Shown here: positions 1-12,000 of the stretch, piece after piece
Layout of the letters: every line of letters starts with the position of its first letter
Numbering within the stretch: the stretch's first letter is position 1
Assembly: GCA_964016885.1 (NCBI GenBank)
Contig: OZ024741.1
Span: forward strand, 289,912,001 to 289,976,000
Reading direction: 5' to 3'
Source: Eledone cirrhosa
Taxonomy: Eukaryota
DNA: 64,000 bases
Made by a program: the position numbers and the translations under genes
The notes under the pieces: generated by a model
What the model was told of the DNA's origin: nothing
The model's input: the letters and a program-made list of their open reading frames with translations, nothing else
Databases searched by the model: none

Positions 1-3000
1 TGTCTGTGTAGTGTAGTGTGTCTGGTGTTGTCTGTGTAGTGTAGTGTTTCTGGTGTGTCTGGTGTTGTCTGTGTAGTGTAGTATGTCTGGTATTGTCTGT
101 GTAGTGCAGTGTGTCTTGTGTTGTCTGTGTAGTGTAGTGTGTCTGGTGTTGTCTGTGTAGTGTAGTGTGTCTGATGTTGTCTATGTAGTGTAGTGTATAG
201 TGGTATTGTCTGTGTAGTGTAGTGTGTCTGGTGTTGTCTGTGTAGTGTAGTGTGTCTGGTATTGTTTGTGTAGTGTAGTGTGTCTGGTATTGTCTGTGTA
301 TTGTAATGTGTCTCTTGTGATCTGCGTAGTGTAGCGTGTCTGGTGTTGTCTGTGGAGTGTAGTGTGTCTGGTGTTGCTGTGTAGTGTAGTGTGTCTGGTA
401 TTATTTGTGTAGTGTAATGTGTATGGTATTGTCTGTGTAGTGTAGTGTGTCAGTGGTGGTCTGTGTAGTGTAGTGTGTCTGGTGTTGTCTGTGTAGTGTA
501 GTGTGTCTGGTGTTGTCTGTGTAGTGTAGTTTATCTGGTGTTGTCTGTGTAGTGTAGTGTGTCTGGTGTTGTCTGTGTAGTGTAGTGTGTCTGGTGTTGT
601 CTGTGTAGTGTAGTGTGTAGTGGTATTGTCTGTGTAGTGTAGTGTGTCTTGTGTTCTCTGTGTAATGTAGTGTGTTTGGTGTTGTCTATGTAGTGTAGTA
701 TGTCTGGTGTTGTCTGTGTAGTGTAGTGTGTCTTGTGTTGTCTGTGTAGTGTAGTGTGTCTGGTGTTGTCTGTGTAGTGTAGTTTGTCTGGTGTTGTCTG
801 TCTAGTGTAGTGTGTCTGGTGTTGTCTGTGTAGTGTAGTGTTTCTGGTGTTGTCTGTGTAGTGTAGTGTGTCTGGTGATGTCTATGTAGTGTAGTATATG
901 TGGTGTTGTCTGTGGAGTGTAGTGTGTCTGGTATTGTATGTGTAGTGTAGTGTGTCTGGTGTTGTCTGTGTAGTGTAGTGTGTCTGGTGTTGCCTATGTA
1001 GTGTAGTGTGTAGTGGTATTGTCTGTGTAGTGTAGTGTGTCAGGTGTTCTCTGTTATGTAGTGTGTCTGGTGTTGTCTCTCTAGTGTAGTGTGTCTGGTG
1101 TTGTCTGTGTAGTGTAGTGTGTCTGGTATTGTCTGTGTAGTGTAGTGTGTCCGTTATGGTCTGTGTAATGTAGTGTATCTGGTGTTGTCTGTGTAGTCTA
1201 GTGGGTCTGGTATTGTCTGTGTAGTGTGTCTGGTATTGTCTGTGTAGTGTGTCTGGTGTTGTCTGTGTAGTGTAGTGTGTCTGGTGTTGTCTGTGGAGTG
1301 TAGTGTGTCTGGTGTTATCTGTTTAGTGTAGTGTGGTGTTGCCTTTGTAGAGTAGTGTGTCTGGTGTTGTCTGTGTAGTGTAGTGTGTCTGGTGTTATCT
1401 GTTTAGTGTAGTGTGGTGTTGCCTTCGTAGAGTAGTGTGTCTGGTGTTGTCTGTGTAGTGTGTGTCTGGTGTTGTCTGTGTAGTGTAGTGTGTCTGGTGT
1501 TGTCTGTATAGTGTAGTGTGGTGTTGCCTGTGTAGTGTAGTGTGTCTGGTGTTGACTGTGTAGTGTAGTGTGTCTGGTGTTGTCTGTGTAGTGTAGTGTG
1601 TCTGGTGTTGTCTGTGTAGTGTAGTGTCTGGTGATGTCTATGTAGTGTAGTATATCTGGTGTTTTCTGTGTAGTGTAGTGTGTCCGGTGTTGCCTGTGTA
1701 GTGTAGTGTGTCTGGTGTTGTCTATGTAATGTAGTGTGTCTGGTGTTGTCTGTGTAGTGTAGTGTGTCTGGTGTTGTCTGTGTAGTGTAGTGTGTCTGGT
1801 GTTCTCTGTGTAATGTAGTGTGTCTGGTGTTGTCTGTGTAGTGTAGTGTGTCTGGTGTTGTATGTGTAGTGTAGTGTGTCTGGTGTTGTCTGTGTAGTGT
1901 AGTGTGTCTGCTATCGTCTGTGTAGTGTAGTGTGTCTGGTGTTGTATGTGTAGTGTAGTGTGTCTGGTGTTGTCTGTGTAGTGTAGTGTGTCTGGTGTTG
2001 TCTGTGTAGAGTAGTGTGTCTGGTATTGTCTGTGTAGTGTAGTGTGTCTGGTGTTATCTGTTTAGTGTAGTGTGGTGTTGCCTTTGTAGAGTAGTGTGTC
2101 TGGTGTTGTCTGTGTAGTGTAGTGTGTCTGGTGTTGTCTGTATAGTGTAGTGTGGTGTTGCCTTTGTAGTGTAGTGTGTCTGGTGTTGTCTGTGTAGTAT
2201 GTCTCTCGTGTTGTCTGTGTAGTGTAGTTGTCTGGTATTGTTTGTGGAGTGTAGTGTGTCTGGTGTTGTCTGTGTAGTGTAGTGTGTCTGGTGTTGTCTG
2301 TGTAGTGTACTGTGTCTGGTGTTGTCTATGTAGTGTAGTGTGTCTGGTAATGTCTGTTTAGTGTGTCTGGTATTGTCTGTGTAGTGTAGTGTGTCTGGTG
2401 TTGTCTGTGTAGTGTAGTGTGTCTGGTGTTGTCTGTGTAGTGTAGTGTGTCTGGTGTTGTCTGTGTAGTGTAGTGTGTCTGGTGATGTCTATGTAGTGTA
2501 GTATATCTGGCGTTTTCTGTGTAGTGTAGTGTGTCCGGTGTTGTCTGTGTAGTGTAGTGTGTCTGGTGTTTTCTGTGTAGTGTAGTGTGTCCGTTGTTGT
2601 CTGTGTAGTGTAGTGTGTCTGGTGTTGTCTGTGTAGTGTAGTGTGTCTGGTGTTGTCTGTGTAATGTAGTGTGTCCGGTGTTGCCTGTGTAGTGTAGTGT
2701 GTCTGGTGTTGTGTATGTAGTGTAGTGTGTCTGGTGTTGTCTGTGTAGTGTAGTGTGTCTGGTGTTCTCTGTGTAATGTAGTGTGTCTGGTGTTGTCTGT
2801 GTAGTGTGTCTGGTGTTGTCTGGGTAGTGTAGTGTGTCTGGTGTTCTCTGTGTAATGTAGTGTGTCTGGTGTTGTCTGTGTAGTGTAGTGTGTCTGATGT
2901 TGTCTGTGTAGTGTAGTATATGTGGTGTTGTCTGTGTAGTGTAGTGTGTCTGGTACAGTCTGTGTAGTGTAGTGTGTCTGGTGTTGTCTATGTAGTGTAG

Positions 3001-6000
3001 TGTGTCTGGTGTTGTCTGTGTAGTGTAGTGTCTCTGGTGTGGTCTGTGTAGTGTAGTGTGTCTGGTGTTGTCTATGTAGTGTATTGTATCTGGTGTTGTC
3101 TGTGTAGTGTAGTGTGTCTGGTATCGTCTGTGTAGTGTAGTGTGTCTGGTGTTGTATGTGTAGTGTAGTGTGTCTGGTGTTGTCTGTGTGTTGTAGTGTG
3201 GTGTTGTCTGTGTAGAGTAGTGTGTCTGGTATTGTCTGTGTAGTGTAGTATGTCTGGTGTTATCTGTTTAGTATAGTGTGGTGTTGCCTGTGTAGAGTAG
3301 TGTGTCTGGTGTTGTCTGTGTAGTGTAGTTGTCTGGTGTTGTCTGTGTAATGTAGTGTGTCTGGTGTTGTCTGTGTAGTGTAGTGTGTCTGGTGATGTCT
3401 ATGTAGTGTAGTATATCTGGTGTTGTCTGTGTAGTGTAGTGTGTCTGGTGTTGTCTGTGTATTGTAGTGTGTCTGGTGTTGTCTGTGTAGTGTAGTTGTC
3501 TGGTATTGCCTGTGTAGTGTAGTGTGTCTGGTATTGTCTGTGTAGTGTAGTGTGTCTGGTATTGTATGTGTAGTGTAGTATGTCTGGTATTGCCTGTGTA
3601 GTGTAGTGTGTCTGGCGTTGTCTGTGTAGTGTAGTGTGTCTGGTGTTGTCTGTGTAGTGTAGTGTGTCTGGTGTTGTCTGTGTCGTGTAGTGTATCTGGT
3701 GTTGTCTGTGTAGTGTAGTATGTCTGTTGTTGTCTGTGTAGTGTGTCTGGTGTTGTCTATGTAGTTTTGTATGTCTGGTGTTGTCTATGTAGTGTAGTGT
3801 GTGTGGTGTTGTCTGTGTAGTGTAGTATGTCTGGTGTTGTCTTTGTTGTGTCGTGTGTCTGGTATTGTCTGTGTAGTGTAGTGTGTCTGGTATTGTCTGT
3901 GTAGTATAGTGTGTCTGTTGTTTTCTGTGTAGTGTAGTGTGTCTGTTGTTTTCTGTGTAGTGTAGTGTGTCTGGTGTTGTCTGTGTAGTGTAGTGCGTCT
4001 GGTGTTGTCTGTGTAGTGTGTGTCTGGTGTTGTCTGTGTAGTGTAGTGTGTCTGGTGTTGTCTGAATAGTGTAGTGTGGTGTTGCCTGTGTAGTGTAGTG
4101 TGTATGATGTTGTCTGTGTAGTATGTTTCTGGTGTTCTCTGTGTAGTGTAGTGTGTCTGGTGTTGTCTGTGTAGTGTAATTGTCTGGTTTTGCCTTGTAG
4201 TGTAGTGTGTCTGGTGTTGTCTGTGTAATGTAGTGTGTTTGGTGTTGTCTGTGTAGTGTAGTGTGTCTGGTGTTGTCTGTGTAGTGTAGTGTGTCTGGTG
4301 TTGTCTGTGTAGTGTAGTGTGTAGTGGTATTGTCTGTGTAGTGTAGTGTGTCTGGTTTTCTCTGTGTAATGTAGTGTGTTTGGTGTTGTCTGTGTAGTGT
4401 AGTGTGTCTGGTGTTGTCTGTGTAGTGTAGCGTGTCTGGTGTTGTCTGTGTAGTGTAGTGTTTCTGGTGTTGTCTGTGTAGTGTAGTGTGTCTGGTGTTG
4501 TCTGTGTAGTGTAGTGTGTCTGGTGTTGTCTGTGTAGTGTAGTGTTTCTGGTGTTGTCTGTGTAGTGTAGTGTGTCTGGTGATGTCTATGTAGTGTAGTA
4601 TGTGTGGTGTTGTCTGTGTAGTGTAGTGTGTCTTGTGTTGTCTGTGTAGTGTAGTGTGTCTGGTGTTGTCTGTGTAGTGTAGTGTGTCTGGTGTTGTCTA
4701 TGTAGTGTAGTGTATAGTGGTATTGTCTGTGTAGTGTAGTGTGTCTGGTGTTGTCTGTGTGTTGTAGTGTGGTGTTGTCTGTGTAGAGTAGTGTGTCTGG
4801 TATTGTCTGTGTAGTGTAGTATGTCTGGTGTTATCTGTTTAGTGTAGTGTGGTGTTGCCTGTGTAGAGTAGTGTGTCTGGTGTTGTCTGTGTAGTGTAGT
4901 TGTCTGGTGTTGTCTGTGTAGTGTAGTGTGTCTGGTGTTGTCTGTGTAGTGTAGTGTGTCTGGTGATGTCTATGTAGTGTAGTATATATGGTGTTGTCTG
5001 TGTAGTGTAGTGTGTCTGCTGCTGTCTGTGTATTGTAGTGTGTCTGGTGTTGTCTGTGTAGTCTAGTTGTCTGTGTATTGCCTGTGTAGTGTAGTGTGTC
5101 TGGTATTGTCTGTGTAGTGTAGTGTGTCTGGTATTGTATGTGTAGTGTAGTATGTCTGGTATTGCCTGTGTAGTGTAGTGTGTCTGGCGTTGTCTGTGTA
5201 GTTTAGTGTGTCTGGTGTTGTCTGTGTAGTGTAGTGTGTCTGGTGTTGTCTGTGTCGTGTAGTGTATCTGGGGTTGTCTGTGTAGTGTAGTATGTCTGTT
5301 GTTGTCTGTGTAGTGTAGTGTGTCTGGTGTTGTCTATGTAGTTTTGTATGTCTGGTGTTGTCTATGTAGTGTAGTGTGTGTGGTGTTGTCTGTGTAGTGT
5401 AGTATGTCTGGTGTTGTCTTTGTTGTGTCGTGTGTCTGGTATTGTCTGTGTAGTGTAGTGTGTCTGGTATTGTCTGTGTAGTATAGTGTGTCTGTTGTTT
5501 TCTGTGTAGTGTAGTGTGTCTGTTGTTTTCTGTGTAGTGTAGTGTGTCTGGTGTTGTCTGTGTAGTGTAGTGTGTCTGGTGTTGTCTATGTAGTGTAGTG
5601 TGTAGTGGTATTGTCTGTGTAGTGTAGTGTGTCTGGTGTCGTCTGTTTAGTGTAGTGTGGTTTTGCCTGTGTAGTGTGTCTGGTGTTTTCTGTGTAGTGT
5701 GTGTCTGGTGTTGTCTGTGTAGTGTAGTGTGTCTGGTGTTGTCTGAATAGTGTAGTGTGGTGTTGCCTGTGTAATGTAGTGTGTATGATGTTGTCTGTGT
5801 AGTATGTTTCTGGTGTTCTCTGTGTAGTGTAGTGTGTCTGGTGTTGTCTGTGTAGTGTAATTGTCTGGTTTTGCCTTTGTAGTGTAGTGTGTCTGGTGTT
5901 GTCTGTGTAATGTAGTGTGTTTGGTGTTGTCTGTGTAGTGTAGTGTGTCTAGTGTTGTCTGTGTAGTGTAGTGTGTCTGGTGTTGTCTGTGTAGTGTAGT

Positions 6001-9000
6001 GTGTAGTGGTATTGTCTGTGTAGTGTAGAGTGTCTTGTTTTCTCTGTGTAATGTAGTGTGTTTGGTGTTGTCTGTGTAGTGTAGTGTGTCTGGTGTTGTC
6101 TGTGTAGTGTAGTGTGTCTGGTGTTGTCTGTGTAGTGTAGTGTTTCTGGTGTTGTCTGTGTAGTGTAGTGTGTCTGGTGTTGTCTGTGTAGTGTAGTGTG
6201 TCTGGTGTTGTCTGTGTAGTGTAGTGTTTCTGGTGTGTTCTGTGTAGTGTAGTGTGTCTGGTGATGTCTATGTAGTGTAGTATGTGTGGTGTTGTCTGTG
6301 TAGTGTAGTGTGTCTTGTGTTGTCTGTGTAGTGTAGTGTGTCTGGTGTTGTCTGTGTAGTGTAGTGTGTCTGGTGTTGTCTATGTAGTGTAGTGTATAGT
6401 GGTATTGTCTGTGTAGTGTAGTGTGTCTGGTGTTCTCTGTGTAGTGTAGTATATGTGGTGTTGTCTGTGGAGTGTAGTGTGTCTGGTATTATATGTGTAG
6501 TGTAGTGTGTCTGGTGTTGTCTGTGTAGTGTAGTGTGTCTGGTGTTGTCTATGTAGTGTAGTGTGTAGTGGTATTGTCTGTGTAGTGTAGTGTGTCAGGT
6601 GTTCTCTGTGTTATGTAGTGTGTCTGGTGTTGTCTCTCTAGTGTAGTGTGTCTGGTGTTGTCTGTGTAGTGTAGTGTGTCTGGTATTGTCTGTGTAGTGT
6701 AGTGTGTCCGTTATGGTCTGTGTAATGTAGTGTATCTGGTGTTGTCTGTGTAGTCTAGTGGGTCTGGTATTGTCTGTGTAGTGTAGTGTGTCTGGTGTTG
6801 TCTGTGTAGTGTAGTGTGTCTGATGTTGTCTGTGTAGTGTTGTGTGTCTGGTGTTGTCTGTGGAGTGTAGTGTGTCTGGTGTTGCTGTGTAGTGTAGTGT
6901 GTCTGGTATTGTTTGTGTAGTGTAGTGTGTCTGGTATTGTCTGAGTAGTGTAGTGTGTCAGTTGTGGTCTGTGTAGTGTAGTGTGTCTGGTGTTGTCTGT
7001 GGAGTGTAGTGTGTCTGGTGTTGTCTGTGGAGTGTAGTGTGTCTGGTGTTGTCTGTGTAGTGTAGTGTGTCTGGTGTTATCTGTGTAGTGTAGTGTGTCT
7101 GGTGTTGTCTGTGTAGTGTAGTGTGTCTGGTATCGTCTGTGTAGTGTAGTGTGTCTGGTGTTGTATGTGTAGTGTAGTGTGTCTGGTGTTGTCTGTGTGG
7201 TGTAGTGTGGTGTTGTCTGTGTAGTGTAGTGTGTCTGGTATTGTCTGTGTAGTATAGTGTGTCTGGTGTTATCTGTTTAGTGTAGTGTGGTGTTGCCTTT
7301 GTAGAGTAGTGTGTCTGGTGTTGTCTGTGTAGTGTAGTGTGTCTGGTGTTATCTGTTTAGTGTAGTGTGGTGTTGCCTTCGTAGAGTAGTGTGTCTGGTG
7401 TTGTCTGTGTAGTGTGTGTCTGGTGTTGTCTGTGTAGTGTAGTGTGTCTGGTGTTGTCTGTATAGTGTAGTGTGGTGTTGTCTGTGTAGTGTAGTGTGTC
7501 TGGTGTTGACTGTGTAGTGTAGTGTGTCTGGTGTTGTCTGTGTAGTGTAGTTGTCTGGTATTGTTTGTGGAGTGTAGTGTGTCTGGTGTTGTCTGTGTAG
7601 TGTAGTGTGTCTGGTGTTGTCTGTGTAGTGTAGTGTCTGGTGATGTCTATGTAGTGTAGTATATCTGGTGTTTTCTGTGTAGTGTAGTGTATCCGGTGTT
7701 GTCTGTGTAGTGTAGTGTGTCTGGTGTTGTCTATGTAGTGTAGTGTGTCTGGTGTTGTCTGTGTAGTGTAGTGTGTCTGGTGTTGTCTGTGTAGTGTAGT
7801 GTGTCTGGTGTTGTCTGTGTAGTGTAGTGTGTCTGGTATCGTCTGTGTAGTGTAGTGTATCTGGTGTTGTATGTGTAGTGTAGTGTGTCTGGTGTTGTCT
7901 GTGTGGTGTAGTGTGGTGTTGTCTGTGTAGAGTAGTGTGTCTGGTATTGTCTGTGTAGTGTAGTGTGTCTGGTGTTGTCTGTATAGTGTAGTGTGGTGTT
8001 GCCTGTGTAGTGTAGTGTGTCTGGTGTTGTCTGTGTAGTATGTGTCTGGTGTTGTCTGTGTAGTGTAGTTGTCTGGTATTGTTTGTGGAGTGTAGTGTGT
8101 CTGGTGTTGTCTGTGTAGTGTAGTGTGTCTGGTGTTGTCTGTGTAGTGTAGTGTGTCTGGTGTTGTCTATGTAGTGTAGTGTGTCTGGTAATGTCTGTGT
8201 AGTGTGTCTGGTATTGTCTGTGTAGTGTAGTGTGTCTGGTGTTGTCTGTGTAGTGTAGTGTGTCTGGTGTTGTCTGTGTAGTGTAGTGTGTCTGGTGTTT
8301 TCTGTGTAGTGTAGTGTGTCTGGTGATGTCTATGTAGTGTAGTATATCTGGCGTTTTCTGTGTAGTGTAGTGTGTCCGGTGTTGTCTGTGTAGTGTAGTG
8401 TGTTTGGTGTCTTCTGTGTAGTGTAGTGTGTCCGTTGTTGTCTGTGTAGTGTAGTGTGTCTGGTGTTGTCTGTGTAGTGTAGTGTGTCTGGTGTTGTCTG
8501 TGTGATGTAGTGTGTCCGGTGTTGCCTATGTAGTGTAGTGTGTCTGGTGTTGTCTATGTAGTGTAGTGTGTCTGGTGTTGTCTGTGTAGTGTAGTGTGTC
8601 TGGTGTTGTCTGTGTAGTGTAGTGTGTCTGGTGTTCTCTGTGTAATGTAGTGTGTCTGGTGTTGTCTGTGTAGTGTGTCTGGTGTTGTCTGTGTAGTGTA
8701 GTGTGTCTGGTGTTCTCTGTGTAATGTAGTGTGTCTGGTGTTGTCTGTGTAGTGTAGTGTGTCTGATGTTGTCTGTGTAGTGTAGTATATGTGGTGTTGT
8801 CCCTGTAGTGTAGTGTGTCTGGTACAGTCTGTGTAGTGTAGTGTGTCTGGTGTTGTCTATGTAGTGTAGTGTGTCTGGTGTTGTCTGTGTAGTGTAGTGT
8901 GTCTGGTGTTGTCTATGTAGTGTAGTGTATCTGGTGTTGTCTGTGTAGTGTAGTGTGTCTGGTATCGTCTGTGTAGTGTAGTGTGTCTGGTGTTGTATGT

Positions 9001-12000
9001 GTAGTGTAGTGTGTCTGGTGTTGTCTGTGTGTTGTAGTGTGGTGTTGTCTGTGTAGAGTAGTGTGTCTGGTATTGTCTGTGTAGTGTAGTATGTCTGGTG
9101 TTATCTGTTTAGTGTAGTGTGGTGTTGCCTGTGTAGAGTAGTGTGTCTGGTGTTGTCTGTGTAGTGTAGTGTGTCTGGTGTTATCTGTGTAGTGTAGTGT
9201 GTCTGGTGTTGTCTGTGTAGTGTAGTGTGTAGTGGTATTGTCTGTGTAGTGTAGTGTGTCAGGTGTTCTCTGTGTTATGTAGTGTGTCTGGTGTTGTCTC
9301 TCTAGTGTAGTGTGTCTGGTGTTGTCTGTGTAGTGTAGTGTGTCTGGTATTGTCTGTGTAGTGTAGTGTGTCCGTTATGGTCTGTGTAATGTAGTGTATC
9401 TGGTGTTGTCTGTGTAGTCTAGTGGGTCTGGTATTGTCTGTGTAGTGTAGTGTGTCTGGTGTTGTCTGTGTAGTGTAGTGTGTCTGGTGTTGTCTGTGTA
9501 GTGTAGTGTGTCTGGTGTTGTCTGTGGAGTGTAGTGTGTCTGGTGTTGGCTGTGGAGTATAGTGTGTCTGGTATTGCTGTGTAGTGTAGTGTGTCTGGTA
9601 TTGTTTGTGTAGTGTAGTGTGTCTGGTATTGTCTGAGTAGTGTAGTGTGTCAGTTGTGGTCTATGTAGTGTAGTGTGTCTGGTGTTGTCTGTGGAGTGTA
9701 GTGTGTCTGGTGTTGTCTGTGGAGTGTAGTGTGTCTGGTGTTGTCTGTGTAGTGTAGTGTGTCTGGTGTTATCTGTGTAGTGTAGTGTGTCTGGTGTTGC
9801 TGTGTAGTGTAGTGTGTCTGGTATTGTTTGTGTAGTGTAGTGTGTCTGGTATTGTCTGAGTAGTGTAGTGTGTCAGTTGTGGTCTGTGTAGTGTAGTGTG
9901 TCTGGTGTTGTCTGTGGAGTGTAGTGTGTCTGGTGTTGTCTGTGTAGTGTAGTGTGTCTGGTGTTATCTGTGTAGTGTAGTGTGTCTGGTGTTGTCTGTG
10001 TAGTGTAGTGTATCTGGTATCGTCTGTGTAGTGTAGTGTGTCTGGTGTTGTATGTGTAGTGTAGTGTGTCTGGTGTTGTCTGTGTGGTGTAGTGTGGTGT
10101 TGTCTGTGTAGTGTAGTGTGTCTGGTATTGTCTGTGTAGTGTAGTGTGTCTGGTGTTATCTGTTTAGTGTAGTGTGGTGTTGCCTTTGTAGAGTAGTGTG
10201 TCTGGTGTTGTCTGTGTAGTGTAGTGTGTCTGGTGTTATCTGTTTAGTGTAGTGTGGTGTTGCCTTCGTAGAGTAGTGTGTCTGGTGTTGTCTGCGTAGT
10301 GTGTGTCTGGTGTTGTCTGTGTAGTGTAGCGTGTCTGGTGTTGTCTGTATAGTGTAGTGTGGTGTTGCCTGTGTAGTGTAGTGTGTCTGGTGTTGACTGT
10401 GTAGTGTAGTGTGTCTGGTGTTGTCTGTGTAGTGTAGTTGTCTGGTATTGTTTGTGCAGTGTAGTGTGTCTGGTGTTGTCTGTGTAGTGTAGTGTGTCTG
10501 GTGTTGTCTGTGTAGTGTAGTGTCTGGTGATGTCTATGTAGTGTAGTATATCTGGTGTTTTCTGTGTAGTGTAGTGTATCCGGTGTTGCCTGTGTAGTGT
10601 AGTGTGTCTGGTGTTGTCTATGTAGTGTAGTGTGTCTGGTGTTGTCTGTGTAGTGTAGTGTGTCTGGTGTTGTCTGTGTAGTGTAGTGTGTCTGGTGTTC
10701 TCTGTGTAATGTAGTGTGTCTGGTGTTGTCTGTGTAGTGTAGTGTGTCTGGTGTTGTCTGTGTAGTGTAGTGTGTCTGGTGTTGTCTGTGTAGTGTAGTG
10801 TGTCTGGTATCGTCTGTGTAGTGTAGTGTGTCTGGTGTTGTCTGTGTGGTGTAGTGTGGTGTTGTCTGTGTAGAGTAGTGTGTCTGGTATTGTCTGTGTA
10901 GTGTAGTGTGTCTGGTGTTGTCTGTATAGTGTAGTGTGGTGTTGCCTGTGTAGTGTAGTGTGTCTGGTGTTGTCTGTGTAGTATGTGTCTGGTGTTGTCT
11001 GTGTAGTGTAGTTGTCTAGTATTGTTTGTGGAGTGTAGTGTGTCTGGTGTTGTCTGTGTAGTGTAGTGTGTCTGGTGTTGTCTGTGTAGTGTAGTGTGTC
11101 TGGTGTTGTCTATGTAGTGTAGTGTGTCTGGTAATGTCTGTGTAGTGTGTCTGGTATTGTCTGTGTAGTGTAGTGTGTCTGGTGTTGTCTGTGTAGTGTA
11201 GTGTGTCTGGTGTTGTCTGTGTAGTGTAGTGTGTCTGGTGTTGTCTGTGTAGTGTAGTGTGTCTGGTGATGTCTATGTAGTGTAGTATATCTGGCGTTTT
11301 CTGTGTAGTGTAGTGTGTCCGGTGTTGTCTGTGTAGTGTAGTGTGTCTGGTGTTTTCTGTGTAGTGTAGTGTGTCCGTTGTTGTCTGTGTAGTGTAGTGT
11401 GTCTGGTGTTGTCTGTGTAATGTAGTGTGTCCGGTGTTGCCTATGTAGTGTAGTGTGTCTGGTGTTGTCTATGTAGTGTAGTGTGTCTGGTGTTGTCTGT
11501 GTAGTGTAGTGTGTCTGGTGTTGTCTGTGTAGTGTAGTGTGTCTGGTGTTCTCTGTGTAATGTAGTGTGTCTGGTGTTGTCTGTGTAGTGTGTCTGGTGT
11601 TGTCTGTGTAGTGTAGTGTGTCTGGTGTTCTCTGTGTAATGTAGTGTGTCTGGTGTTGTCTGTGTAGTGTAGTGTGTCTGATGTTGTCTGTGTAGTGTAG
11701 TATATGTGGTGTTGTCTGTGTAGTGTAGTGTGTCTGGTACAGTCTGTGTAGTGTAGTGTGTCTGGTGTTGTCTATGTAGTGTAGTGTGTCTGGTGTTGTC
11801 TGTGTAGTGTAGTGTGTCTGGTGTGGTCTGTGTAGTGTAGTGTGTCTGGTGTTGTCTATGTAGTGTAGTGTATCTGGTTTTGTCTGTGTAGTGTAGTGTG
11901 TCTGGTATCGTCTGTGTAGTGTAGTGTGTCTGGCGTTGTCTGTGTAGTGTAGTGTGTCTGGTGTTGTCTGTGTAGTGTAGTGTGTCTGGTGTTGTCTGTG

